From Chitinophagales bacterium (GTDB lineage: Bacteria; Bacteroidota; Bacteroidia; Chitinophagales; JADIYW01), in assembly GCA_044227665.1 (NCBI GenBank), contig JBGAWK010000001.1, positions 32,324 through 96,323 on the forward strand: a stretch of 64,000 nucleotides of DNA. Reading direction: 5' to 3'. A model generated the notes under the pieces. That model did no database searches, had not been told where the DNA came from, and saw only the letters and a program-made list of their open reading frames with translations. Below are positions 49,336-58,928 of the stretch, in pieces. Position 1 is the first letter of the stretch. Every line of letters begins with the position of its first letter. The position numbers were made by a program, and so were the translations under genes.

Positions 49336-49677
49336 TTATTGGGACTGCAGTGCTTCCCAGTATTCTACGGCGCGGCGCGTATGCGGTACACATATACTGC
49401 CACCCACGAGATTAGCGATGGCAAATACTTCAAATATCTGAGCTGTTGTAATTCCTACTTCATAACATTTGCCTAGATGATATCTAATACAGTCATCGCA
49501 GCGCAATACCATAGACGCTACCAGTCCTAACAATTCTTTTGTAGAGGCATCTAGTGCTCCAGATTCGTAAGCATGCATATCCAGATTGAAGAAACGATTC
49601 AGCGTAAGATTTTTTTGTTCAAAAATCTTGTCATTCATTTTGCTGCGATAGGCATTGAAGTCTTCTACTAAGCTCAT
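49336..49677 (-). CDS. Carboxymuconolactone decarboxylase/AhpD-like small protein
   Basis: 113 aa. LRCDDCIRYH CxxC-type motif typical of CMD-family proteins. Confidence 0.7.
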   Translation of the reverse strand: MSLVEDFNAYRSKMNDKIFEQKNLTLNRFFNLDMHAYESGALDASTKELLGLVASMVLRCDDCIRYHLGKCYEVGITTAQIFEVFAIANLVGGSICVPHTRRAVEYWEALQSQ

Positions 49678-49692
49678 AGGTAATAATGAAAA

Positions 49693-50352
49693 TTATCCAG
49701 GAATACGGGAGATGTATTTCTCCAGTTCTTTGATGTTATCTACTATTTCTTTAGTGGTAGCCTTCTGCTCTTTAGCTTTTTTGAAATAACCTTTAGCCGC
49801 TTTAAAGTCACGACGTTGCATACATATTGAAGCAAGTTGCAAATATGCGGCTGCGCGGTTTTCATTATCTGGAAGTCCATGGCGAACGGCTTCTTGCAGT
49901 TGTTTGTAAGCTTCTTTGGTGTCCCCTTTTTTCATTGCTATGGCTCCCAACTGCATATACGATACGCCCTTGTATTCCTTCATCATATCAGAATTGGTAT
50001 CTAGGCTTTTTCTGATATTAGATTCTGCAGTATTAAGGTCTTGACTAGCCATAGCCAGATTTGATTGCAACATATAGTATGCCGAACGCACTGGCTTGAT
50101 TAGTAATTTGGGAAATCTTACACTCCTTACTATATCACTAGCGCCCTCAATATCTCCTTTCTCTACAAGTTGCTGTATATAGCGCATAGGCCCTATAAGT
50201 ATATCCCAAAGTAGCAATAAAACGCCACTTACATAGAACAACCACGACCATTGATAGCCTTTAAAAACAGTAAGATGTATAATTATGCCAATGACGATAA
50301 TTCCTAATGCAATAAATAATCTGTTTTTGATATACAACGCCTTCCAATTCAT
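49693..50352 (-). CDS. Membrane-anchored TPR-repeat protein
   Basis: Two N-terminal TM segments followed by TPR-like helices (MQLGAIAMKKGDTKEAYKQLQEAV; LQLASICMQRRDFKAAKGYFKKA). Confidence 0.6.
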   Translation of the reverse strand: MNWKALYIKNRLFIALGIIVIGIIIHLTVFKGYQWSWLFYVSGVLLLLWDILIGPMRYIQQLVEKGDIEGASDIVRSVRFPKLLIKPVRSAYYMLQSNLAMASQDLNTAESNIRKSLDTNSDMMKEYKGVSYMQLGAIAMKKGDTKEAYKQLQEAVRHGLPDNENRAAAYLQLASICMQRRDFKAAKGYFKKAKEQKATTKEIVDNIKELEKYISRIPG

Positions 50353-50510
50353 ACGGCAAAGATAGGATAAAACTTTCCCAAAATTTACATACGGTCAATC
50401 TTTCAAATCAGGTAATTTTAGAGTTTCTCTTTTGAAGTTGTACACATAAACTTCACCAGAGGAACACAAAAGACACAATACATTCACTTGAAAAACATCT
50501 ATTTATAAAA

Positions 50511-50517
50511 CTGTCAT
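50511..50517 (+). promoter_or_regulatory. Possible Pho-box half-site upstream of pstS
   Basis: CTGTCAT is identical to the enterobacterial Pho-box 7-mer and lies 60 nt upstream of the pstS ATG. The expected second 7-mer 11 bp away is poorly conserved. Confidence 0.2.
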
Positions 50518-50576
50518 AATTGTAGGTATTTAGATTTTTAATTCTTTTGTATTAGAAATTTATTAAAAAATAAAAT

Positions 50577-51542
50577 ATGAAGTTTACAAAAATTAATTTA
50601 CTCATTACGATTATGATTATAGGTATGTCCGCCTGTAAGTCCAAAAAAACAGACAATGAAAACGAAAAGATGTCAGGTTCAATAAATATTGACGGATCAT
50701 CTACAGTATATCCTATTACAGAAGCAGTTGCCGAAGAATTCAAAGGGAAATATCCTAATATTAAAGTGGCCGTTGGTCTTTCTGGAACTGGAGGAGGCTT
50801 CAAAAAATTTGGGAGAGGAGAAATAGACATCAACGACGCGTCGCGACCTATAAAAACGGAGGAAGATAGTCTAGCAAAGTCTAATGCGATAAGCTACATA
50901 GGAATAAAGATTGCTTATGATGGATTGGTTGTAGTGGTAAATAAAGAAAATACTTGGTGTAAAGACATCACTGTTTCTGAATTGAAAAAATTATGGTCGC
51001 CAGAAGCCCAGGAAAAGATTACAAAGTGGAGTCAAATACGCCCATCATGGCCTAATGAGGAGATACATCTTTTTGGCCCTGGCGTAGAAAGCGGTACTTA
51101 TGATTTCTTTACAGAGGAAATTGTGGGCAAAAGCCATTCCAGCAGAGGAGATTATACAGCAAGTGAGGATGATAATGTATTAGTTCAGGGAGTAAGTACA
51201 GATAAGAATGCTTTAGGTTTCTTTGGCCTTGCTTACTTTGCAGAAAACAGCGACAAGTTGAACCTTGTAGGGGTGGATGACGAAGAGGATAGTAATGGTA
51301 TGGGCGCAATATTGCCAAGTATAGAAACGGTAAAAAACAAATCCTATTCGCCACTTTCTCGCCCTCTTTATATCTATGTAAATAGTAAAGCTTCAACAAG
51401 AAACGAAGTACAGTCCTTTGTAAATTTTTATTTGGACAACATGATAACTTTATCTGAAGAAGTAGGCTTTGTGCCACTTTCTACTGATGAGCTAGCCAAA
51501 GAAAAAGAAACTTGGAATAACTATTTGCAATCTGCGAAATAA
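50577..51542 (+). CDS. pstS: Phosphate ABC transporter substrate-binding protein
   Basis: Lipoprotein-type N-terminus (IIGMSAC). [16 protein letters not shown] and [10 protein letters not shown] blocks. Followed by pstCAB. Confidence 0.85.
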   Translation: MKFTKINLLITIMIIGMSACKSKKTDNENEKMSGSINIDGSSTVYPITEAVAEEFKGKYPNIKVAVGLSGTGGGFKKFGRGEIDINDASRPIKTEEDSLAKSNAISYIGIKIAYDGLVVVVNKENTWCKDITVSELKKLWSPEAQEKITKWSQIRPSWPNEEIHLFGPGVESGTYDFFTEEIVGKSHSSRGDYTASEDDNVLVQGVSTDKNALGFFGLAYFAENSDKLNLVGVDDEEDSNGMGAILPSIETVKNKSYSPLSRPLYIYVNSKASTRNEVQSFVNFYLDNMITLSEEVGFVPLSTDELAKEKETWNNYLQSAK

Positions 51543-51552
51543 GACTTCTTTC

Positions 51553-52431
51553 ATGATAAAAGGCAGAGAAAAAAGCATAGAAGGGCTCCTCTTGATGTCA
51601 GCAAGTATTAGTGTGCTTACTACATTAGGAATCCTTTTTGTATTGCTCTCAGAGTCTATAAGTTTTTTTTCTAAGGTAAGCCTCCTTGATTTTTTGACCG
51701 ATGATCAATGGACACCACTTTTTGCTGAAAAACATTTTGGTATTTTACCATTATTATCGGGTACAATTCTTACTACAACTATCGCAATTACTGTCGCATT
51801 ACCTTTAGGGCTAACTATAGCTATTTATCTTAATGAATATGCAGCACCACATGTTCGCAAAATTGTAAAGCCAATTTTGGAATTACTAGCTGCTGTTCCT
51901 ACCGTTGTATATGGATATTTTGCATTAGTAGTAGTGACACCATTATTACAAAAAATATATCCTTCTCTATCTGGATTTAATGCCCTTTCTCCGGGAATAG
52001 TTATGGGAATAATGATTTTGCCCATGATAGCCTCTCTGAGTGAAGATGCCTTAGGTGCTGTTCCCAAATCGTTGCGAGAAGCCAGCTATGGCATGGGTGC
52101 TACACGATATCAGACTGCCTTTAGAGTGCTAGTGCCTGCAGCTTCATCGGGTATAATAGTATCCATTATTTTAGCTATATCCAGAGCGGTAGGAGAGACC
52201 ATGATAGTAGCAATAGCAGCAGGACAGCAGCCACGCCTCACGCTTAATCCTACCGTCCCCATAGAAACAATAACAACATATATTGTACAGGTTAGCCTCG
52301 GTGATGTGTCATATGGTTCTATGGAATATCAGACAATTTTTGCAGCAGGCATAGCCTTGTTTGCAATGACTTTTTTATTGAATAATATTAGTTTTTGGAT
52401 AAAAAATAATTTGAGAGAGAGATATGAGTAA
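51553..52431 (+). CDS. pstC: Phosphate ABC transporter permease PstC
   Basis: Six TM segments. EAA-type loop [15 protein letters not shown]. Confidence 0.9.
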   Translation: MIKGREKSIEGLLLMSASISVLTTLGILFVLLSESISFFSKVSLLDFLTDDQWTPLFAEKHFGILPLLSGTILTTTIAITVALPLGLTIAIYLNEYAAPHVRKIVKPILELLAAVPTVVYGYFALVVVTPLLQKIYPSLSGFNALSPGIVMGIMILPMIASLSEDALGAVPKSLREASYGMGATRYQTAFRVLVPAASSGIIVSIILAISRAVGETMIVAIAAGQQPRLTLNPTVPIETITTYIVQVSLGDVSYGSMEYQTIFAAGIALFAMTFLLNNISFWIKNNLRERYE

Positions 52432-53281
52432 TAAAACCAGGCATAAACTTATAGACACAACTTTCAAATATTTTGGGTTGCTAAGCATGGTTCTATGCCT
52501 CGCTATTTTGTTGTTGTTTATTATTAATATTATCATTGAAGGAGCACCAAGATTGAGTTGGGATTTTTTTACTTCACTCCCTTCGAGAAGGCCGGAAAAA
52601 GCAGGAATACTTGTAGGGTTGGTGGGTTCAATATGGATAATGATGTGTACAGCATTCCTCGCGATACCCATAGGTGTAGCTTCCGCCATATATTTAGAAG
52701 AGTATGGTAATAAAAATCGTATAGCCTCATGGATAGAAATAAACATCACCAATTTGGCAGGTGTACCCTCAATCATTTATGGTCTATTAGCACTAGAAAT
52801 ATTTGTTCGTGTATTAGGGTTGGGTAAAAGTATTTTGGCGGGCAGTCTTACATTATCATTATTGATCTTGCCAATCATAATTGTAGCAACACGCGAAGCC
52901 ATTAAGGCTGTACCCGGCTCTATACGCGAAGCATCCTTTGCTTTAGGTGCTACTCGATGGCAGACGATATGGTATCAAGTATTACCAGCCGCCGCAGGAG
53001 GAATATTTACTGGAATTATTTTGGCACTATCTCGTGCTATTGGGGAGACAGCACCACTCATCGTAATCGGCGCCTTGATGTATATCAATGTATTGCCGAT
53101 GCACCCCATGGATGATTTCTCTGTACTACCACTTCAAATATTTAATTGGTTATCAAGACCACAGAAAGCTTTTATAGAAAATGCCACAGCGGGCATAATA
53201 GTGTTGCTATGTATTACCTTTTTAATGAATGGTGTCGCTATAGTTTTGCGCAATAAATGGCAGAAAAAAGTAAAATGGTAA
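52424..53281 (+). CDS. pstA: Phosphate ABC transporter permease PstA
   Basis: [15 protein letters not shown] loop. Overlaps the pstC end by 8 nt. Confidence 0.9.
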   Translation: MSNKTRHKLIDTTFKYFGLLSMVLCLAILLLFIINIIIEGAPRLSWDFFTSLPSRRPEKAGILVGLVGSIWIMMCTAFLAIPIGVASAIYLEEYGNKNRIASWIEINITNLAGVPSIIYGLLALEIFVRVLGLGKSILAGSLTLSLLILPIIIVATREAIKAVPGSIREASFALGATRWQTIWYQVLPAAAGGIFTGIILALSRAIGETAPLIVIGALMYINVLPMHPMDDFSVLPLQIFNWLSRPQKAFIENATAGIIVLLCITFLMNGVAIVLRNKWQKKVKW

Positions 53282-53283
53282 GT

Positions 53284-54039
53284 ATGAATACAATTGTAAA
53301 TGCTGATAAGATAAATGTATATTATGGCAATAATCACGTCATAAAATATGTGTCATTACAAATAAAACCTAAGACTGTTACGGCTTTTATAGGGCCCTCA
53401 GGTTGTGGTAAATCCACATTTTTGAGGTTAATAAACCGTATGAATGACTTTATAGATAGCTTCCGCATGACAGGAGACTTAAAAGTGGAAGGAATTAATA
53501 TCTATGATAAAAATATTGACATAGAAAGCTTGCGCAAAAAAGCAGGCATGGTGTTTCAAAAGCCCAATCCTTTCCCTAAAACAATATATGAAAATGTGAT
53601 CTATGGACTAAGAATTCAGGGGATAAATAACAAAAAGATTTTAGATGAAACAGTAGAGAAATCATTACTACAAGCAGCATTGTGGGACGAAGTAAAAGAC
53701 GACCTTGAAAAATCTGCACTTTCGTTATCAGGAGGACAACAACAGCGACTCTGTATAGCAAGAACATTAGCAGTAGAGCCTTCTATAATTCTCATGGACG
53801 AACCAGCATCAGCGCTAGATCCTATCTCCACTTCCAAGGTGGAAAACTTGATTTATGAGTTGAAAGAAAAATTTACTATTATCATTGTAACACATAATAT
53901 GCAACAAGCAGCAAGAGTCAGCGACAATACAGCTTTTTTTTACCTAGGGGAATTGATAGAATACCAAGAAACAAAAAAATTATTCACTAACCCAGAAAAT
54001 CTCCTAACCCAAAACTATATTACTGGGAGATTTGGATAA
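53284..54039 (+). CDS. pstB: Phosphate ABC transporter ATP-binding protein
   Basis: Walker [10 protein letters not shown], signature LSGGQQQR, Walker [13 protein letters not shown] prefer ATG 53284 ([14 protein letters not shown]), 2 nt after the pstA stop. The track start at 53257 is also possible. Confidence 0.9.
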   Translation: MNTIVNADKINVYYGNNHVIKYVSLQIKPKTVTAFIGPSGCGKSTFLRLINRMNDFIDSFRMTGDLKVEGINIYDKNIDIESLRKKAGMVFQKPNPFPKTIYENVIYGLRIQGINNKKILDETVEKSLLQAALWDEVKDDLEKSALSLSGGQQQRLCIARTLAVEPSIILMDEPASALDPISTSKVENLIYELKEKFTIIIVTHNMQQAARVSDNTAFFYLGELIEYQETKKLFTNPENLLTQNYITGRFG

Positions 54040-54050
54040 AAATTTTTACA

Positions 54051-54746
54051 ATGACACATATAAATATTGAACTCGAAAATGTAAAACAAGAAGCCATAAA
54101 TATGTGGCAACTAGTGATAGCACAAATGGAAAAGACACAAGAGGCGGTGCTTACTTATAATAAAGACTTGGCTTCTGAAGTAGTAGCACATGAAAAAAGA
54201 GTAAATGCACTAGAATTAAAAATAGACTATGATTGTGAAAACATTATCGCCTTGTTCAGTCCCGTAGCTATAGACCTGCGATTTATATTGGCATTATTGA
54301 AGATAAATGCAAACCTTGAGCGCTTGGGAGATATTGCCCAAGGGCTATCTAAATTTCTTGTAAAATCAGAGAAACCTTTTGATGACGCATTATTGAAAAC
54401 AGCACAGATTGCTTTGATGTTTAATACCGCTTTAGAAATGCTAAAAACCGTTTGTGATTCCTTTGAAAAAGAAGATACCATATTGGCTAGAAGCATCTTT
54501 ATTAAAGATATTATATTAGATGATATTAATAAAAACATTAGCAATGATATCGCAGAATACATTCACGATAATCCCGAAAATGTAGAACAAGGATTACAAG
54601 CACTATCCATGGTTAGGAAAATTGAAAGAATAGGAGACCAATGCAAAAATATCGCAGAAGAAATAATTTTTTACTTAGAAGCCAAAGTATTGAGGCATAA
54701 AAAACTAAGTAAAAAGACAGCCCAAGTATCTGATCCGAAAGGATAA
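54051..54746 (+). CDS. phoU: Phosphate signalling/transport accessory protein PhoU
   Basis: Two PhoU repeats with ERLGDIA and ERIGDQCKNIAE motifs. Downstream of pstB. Confidence 0.85.
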   Translation: MTHINIELENVKQEAINMWQLVIAQMEKTQEAVLTYNKDLASEVVAHEKRVNALELKIDYDCENIIALFSPVAIDLRFILALLKINANLERLGDIAQGLSKFLVKSEKPFDDALLKTAQIALMFNTALEMLKTVCDSFEKEDTILARSIFIKDIILDDINKNISNDIAEYIHDNPENVEQGLQALSMVRKIERIGDQCKNIAEEIIFYLEAKVLRHKKLSKKTAQVSDPKG

Positions 54747-54807
54747 ATAGTAAGCAATTCAATGAAAAAGTAAAGGGTAACAACGTAAAATTTCCTACCT
54801 TCATGCC

Positions 54808-56106
54808 ATGAAGTATGAAAATATTGACAGCCAGCTTTTTATAGAAAACAGAAAACGCCTACAGCAATTGATGTTGCCGAAGAGCATGGCTATTCTTATA
54901 TCTAGTGATGAGATGCCACGTAGTGGCGACCAAAATTACAGCTTTCATCAGCAGCCGGATTTGTTTCATCTTACAGGTATAGGGCAGGAGAAAACCACAT
55001 TTATTTTATTTCCCGACAGTCCCAATCCCATGTATAGAGAAGCACTGTTTATCAGACGTACCAATGAACATATACAAGTCTGGGAAGGACACAAGCATAG
55101 TGTAGAGGATGCCAAAGCAATTTCTGGCATAGAAAACGTTTATTGGATAGATACTTTTGAAGACATATTACCCTCATTGATGATTTATGCGGATAATGTA
55201 TATATCAATACCAATGAGAATGATAGAGCAATGGTGGCAGTACCGTATAGTGATCTGCGATTTGCCCAAACCCTAAGGGCGCATTATCCTGCACATACCT
55301 TCAAAAGGCTGGCACCACTCATGCAACAACTTAGGGCGGTAAAACAAGCCGAAGAGATAAGGCTTACACAGAGAGCCATAGACATCACGAGAGAAGCTTT
55401 TATAAGGGTGCTGAAGTTTGTGAAACCAGGGGTCAAGGAATATGAAGTAGAGGCAGAAATTATTGGTGAATTTATCAGAAACCGAGCTACGGGACATGCC
55501 TACAGTCCTATAATTGCTTCTGGGGCTAATGCAAATATCCTACACTATAATGACAACAATCAACCCTGTAACGAAGGGGATATGTTGCTTATGGATTTTG
55601 GAGCAGAATATGCCCATTATTGCGCAGATCTTACACGTACTATCCCTGTAAGCGGCAGATTTTCGGAGCGACAAAAAAAAGTATATAATGCCGTTCTCCG
55701 TGTAATGAAGGCAGCAAAAGATATGCTTGCTCCGGGCGTAGTCCTTTCAGAATATAATAATGAAGTGGGCAAAATCATGGAAAGTGAACTGATAGGATTG
55801 GGACTACTCGACAAAGATGATGTTGCTAAACAGTCGCCCAAATACCCCTTGTATAAAAAATATTTCATGCACGGCACTTCTCATTTCTTAGGCTTGGATG
55901 TACATGATGTAGGTGCAAGATATGAGCCTATGCAAGTGGGCAACCTATTTACTATAGAACCCGGCATCTATATTCCGGAGGAAAAACTTGGGATTAGACT
56001 AGAGAACAATGTGCTTATCACAGCATCAGGCACAATAGACCTTATGGCGAACATACCCATAGAGGCGGAGGAAATAGAAGATATCATGCAAGGAAAAAAG
56101 CTTTAA
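54808..56106 (+). CDS. pepP: Xaa-Pro aminopeptidase (M24B, aminopeptidase P family)
   Basis: AMP_N-type N-terminal domain. Metal-site blocks LMDFGAEY, CADLTRT, HGTSHFLGLDVHD, EPGIY, IRLENNV. Confidence 0.85.
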   Translation: MKYENIDSQLFIENRKRLQQLMLPKSMAILISSDEMPRSGDQNYSFHQQPDLFHLTGIGQEKTTFILFPDSPNPMYREALFIRRTNEHIQVWEGHKHSVEDAKAISGIENVYWIDTFEDILPSLMIYADNVYINTNENDRAMVAVPYSDLRFAQTLRAHYPAHTFKRLAPLMQQLRAVKQAEEIRLTQRAIDITREAFIRVLKFVKPGVKEYEVEAEIIGEFIRNRATGHAYSPIIASGANANILHYNDNNQPCNEGDMLLMDFGAEYAHYCADLTRTIPVSGRFSERQKKVYNAVLRVMKAAKDMLAPGVVLSEYNNEVGKIMESELIGLGLLDKDDVAKQSPKYPLYKKYFMHGTSHFLGLDVHDVGARYEPMQVGNLFTIEPGIYIPEEKLGIRLENNVLITASGTIDLMANIPIEAEEIEDIMQGKKL

Positions 56107-56248
56107 TACCGCATCCGTTTTTTGTAATAAAATGGACACATTTTGACACAAAAACTCGCATTTTGAAGTTCTTGTATTGTGCTTATTATACAGCAGAAAG
56201 TAATGCTTCAAGGATTTATAGAAGTACCTTGGTCTGCAAAAGTATCCT

Positions 56249-57541
56249 TTATTGCACCGTTACTCTAGCTATATAAGCCATATTGTCATCGCCCAAAATC
56301 TGAACCAAGTAAATGCCCTTGGGAAGCACTTCTTTAATTTTAATGGCATTTGTGTTCAGCAAGGAAACAGACAGAATGTTCTCTCCGCTTAGCGAATAAA
56401 AATTAGCCACAGCACTGTTTATATTTTTGATAGGCGGCATTTTAATGTACAGCAAGTCGCTGGCAGGATTAGGATATATAGAAAGTGGAGCAGTGAGCGT
56501 GTTTTTTACGGGAGTAGCTACATCATTTACACAGTTATTCAGCAAGCGATAGTAGAAGTCGCGGATACCTTCGTGCGTTTGTTTTAGAATCCAATCATCA
56601 AAGATAAAGTCGAAAGGAACGCCGCTGAATAAATCTTCCAATTCTATATCAATAAAAGGGACATGGTTGCGATTATATATTTGAGCATAGGATTTCATGC
56701 CCAGCTCCAATGCTTTATTATGGATATAGTAACTACCCTCCAGCTTGGGCAATGTGGGTATGTGGAAAGGATAGTCCTTTTTGTAAGGTACAATATCATC
56801 TTGTATGCCATGAATATTTAATAATGCCACAGTAGTATCATTGGCGACCCAGTCTGCATCTAGTAAGGCTCCCGAAATATTGACAATTCCTTTTAGTTTC
56901 CCACCGCAATAACGATCGTCCAGAATTTGTTGAGCATCCTCGCCAATAACCTCATACACCCACTGAGGATATTGACCGGGTAGCGTATTAATACTGTCCA
57001 AAAAAGCGCCATGAAGCAGGCTCACCGCACCTGCGGAAACGCCACAAGACACAACCCGCGCCGTATCTATACGAAAAGGATTGCCATTATTTATTTCATT
57101 CATTAGCTGGCATATAGCATCGTGAATATCTTCGAGAGACCGCGATACGGCTTTCATCATTTTTTCTTCACTAAGCAAAGAAAGGGGATTCTGCTCTTCC
57201 CTGTATTCTATGCTGATACACACATAGCCGCGCTTCACCAATTTATCTGATAATTCCAAAATATCAGGGCTATGTTGGTCTAGCAAGTCAATATATCCGC
57301 CTCCGTGTACCATGATGACCGCAGCACGTATTGCAGCCGTATCACCTTCGGGTTCATATACGTCATATACTAGCGTTTGCATCCTACCAGTACTTGTTGG
57401 CTTTTCGGCATAAGGTATATTGACGGTACTTTTAATCTTATCAAAAACAAGATCATAGTACCTGCCGGAGTAACTGCATACTTGCTGGGAATATCCGTAA
57501 GTACTTAGTACAAAAAGAAGAAAAGTAAAGGCTTTGCGCAT
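56249..57541 (-). CDS. Secreted alpha/beta-hydrolase (fold-3/HSL-type esterase) with T9SS C-terminal sorting domain, paralog A
   Basis: Signal peptide. Oxyanion block MVHGGGY, nucleophile elbow GVSAGA, candidate Asp/His (HGIQDDIVP, NRNHVPF). C-terminal LSIYPNPASDLLYIKM...GIYLVQILGDD...VTVQ is Por_Secre_tail-like. Confidence 0.75.
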   Translation of the reverse strand: MRKAFTFLLFVLSTYGYSQQVCSYSGRYYDLVFDKIKSTVNIPYAEKPTSTGRMQTLVYDVYEPEGDTAAIRAAVIMVHGGGYIDLLDQHSPDILELSDKLVKRGYVCISIEYREEQNPLSLLSEEKMMKAVSRSLEDIHDAICQLMNEINNGNPFRIDTARVVSCGVSAGAVSLLHGAFLDSINTLPGQYPQWVYEVIGEDAQQILDDRYCGGKLKGIVNISGALLDADWVANDTTVALLNIHGIQDDIVPYKKDYPFHIPTLPKLEGSYYIHNKALELGMKSYAQIYNRNHVPFIDIELEDLFSGVPFDFIFDDWILKQTHEGIRDFYYRLLNNCVNDVATPVKNTLTAPLSIYPNPASDLLYIKMPPIKNINSAVANFYSLSGENILSVSLLNTNAIKIKEVLPKGIYLVQILGDDNMAYIARVTVQ

Positions 57542-57550
57542 ATTTAATAA

Positions 57551-58843
57551 TTATTGAATAGTTATTTTGCCGACATAATTGTTCTCATCTTCACCCAAAA
57601 TCTGTACTATATACATCCCGGGACTAAGCTGTTGGCGAACATCTATAGCTTTGGAGTTTTGTAGGGGTACTTGTAAAATATTTTCACCTGTAAGGGTAAA
57701 AAAGTTAACTATAACATTTTGAGAAAATAGAGCGGAGGGCATATTTATATATAATCTATCTGACGTTGGATTTGGAAATAAAGATAATGGGATATTTTCA
57801 TTACTATATAGGGGCGTGGACACATCGTTGCTACAGTGATTTAATATTTTATAATAAAAATCACGCATATCTTCCTGCGTTTGTTTGAGTATCCAGTCAT
57901 TAAACAATATGTCTATGAGGTTTCCGCTAAATATATCGTTCAAGTCTACGTCAAATATCGGAGCATGACCTTTGTTGTAATAATGGGCATAGGATTTCAT
58001 GCCTAATGCCAAGGCTTTTTGATGGATATAATAGCTGCCTTCCAACTGGGGAAGGGAAGGAATTTGAAGAGGATATCCTTTTTTGAAAGGAACAATTGGA
58101 TCCTGAAAGCCATGAATATTGAATAAGGCCAAGGACGTGTCATTGGCGACCCAATCGGAGTTGAGTAGTGCGCCTGAGATATTCACCAATCCTTTCAACT
58201 TTCCACCACAATATCTGTCATCCAAAATACTTTGTGCCTCGGGACCTATTACCTCATATATCCATTGCGGATAAATTCCGGGCAGATCTGAAATGCTGTC
58301 CATAAAAGCCCCGTGTAATAAGCTGATAGCGCCAGCACTTACACCACAGGCCACGACATTGTTGGTATCCATTCTATAGGGATTTCCGTTTTTTATATCG
58401 TTCATAATATGACAAACTGCATCATGAATATCTACTAATGAGCGCGCCACAGCTTTAATCATTTTTTCATCACTCAGCAGGGCGTTGAAGTTTTTTTCCT
58501 GTCTATAGTCAATACTTACAACGACATAGCCACGCCGAACCATTTCATCTGTAAATTTCAAAATGTCGGGACTGCGCTGATCCAAGAGTTCCAGATAGGC
58601 ACCTCCATGTACCATAATGATAGCGGATCTTATTGCCGCCGTATCACCTTCAGGTTCATAGACATCATAGTAAAGTTCATCCATAACACCTAAACTTGTA
58701 GGCTTGGTGGCATACAAGATATTGGCATGACGCGTAATCTTATCAAAGATGAAATCATAATATCTTCCGGAATAATCACAAGGTTGTTGGGCTTGTAAGG
58801 ATATAGACAAAATTATGCAACAGACAGAGAGAAACCTTTTCAT
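57551..58843 (-). CDS. Secreted alpha/beta-hydrolase (fold-3/HSL-type esterase) with T9SS C-terminal sorting domain, paralog B
   Basis: Colinear with paralog A and also 430 aa. MVHGGAY, GVSAGA, HGFQDPIVP, NKGHAPIF. C-terminal LSLFPNPTSDRLYINM...GMYIVQILGED...ITIQ. Confidence 0.75.
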   Translation of the reverse strand: MKRFLSVCCIILSISLQAQQPCDYSGRYYDFIFDKITRHANILYATKPTSLGVMDELYYDVYEPEGDTAAIRSAIIMVHGGAYLELLDQRSPDILKFTDEMVRRGYVVVSIDYRQEKNFNALLSDEKMIKAVARSLVDIHDAVCHIMNDIKNGNPYRMDTNNVVACGVSAGAISLLHGAFMDSISDLPGIYPQWIYEVIGPEAQSILDDRYCGGKLKGLVNISGALLNSDWVANDTSLALFNIHGFQDPIVPFKKGYPLQIPSLPQLEGSYYIHQKALALGMKSYAHYYNKGHAPIFDVDLNDIFSGNLIDILFNDWILKQTQEDMRDFYYKILNHCSNDVSTPLYSNENIPLSLFPNPTSDRLYINMPSALFSQNVIVNFFTLTGENILQVPLQNSKAIDVRQQLSPGMYIVQILGEDENNYVGKITIQ

Positions 58844-58847
58844 ACAT

Positions 58848-58897
58848 CTAAAATAGACAATTTTTCAATGCTTGCATTGAAAAATTGTCTATTTTAG
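58848..58897. repeat. Perfect 50-bp palindrome (two 24-nt arms separated by TT) between hemB and esterase paralog B
   Basis: CTAAAATAGACAATTTTTCAATGC-TT-GCATTGAAAAATTGTCTATTTTAG. The arms are exact reverse complements. It ends 4 nt from the esterase B start codon (58843) and starts 31 nt after the hemB stop (58929). Confidence 0.9.
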
Positions 58898-58928
58898 CAG
58901 AAAAGGATAAAAAATTTGTAATGAATGA

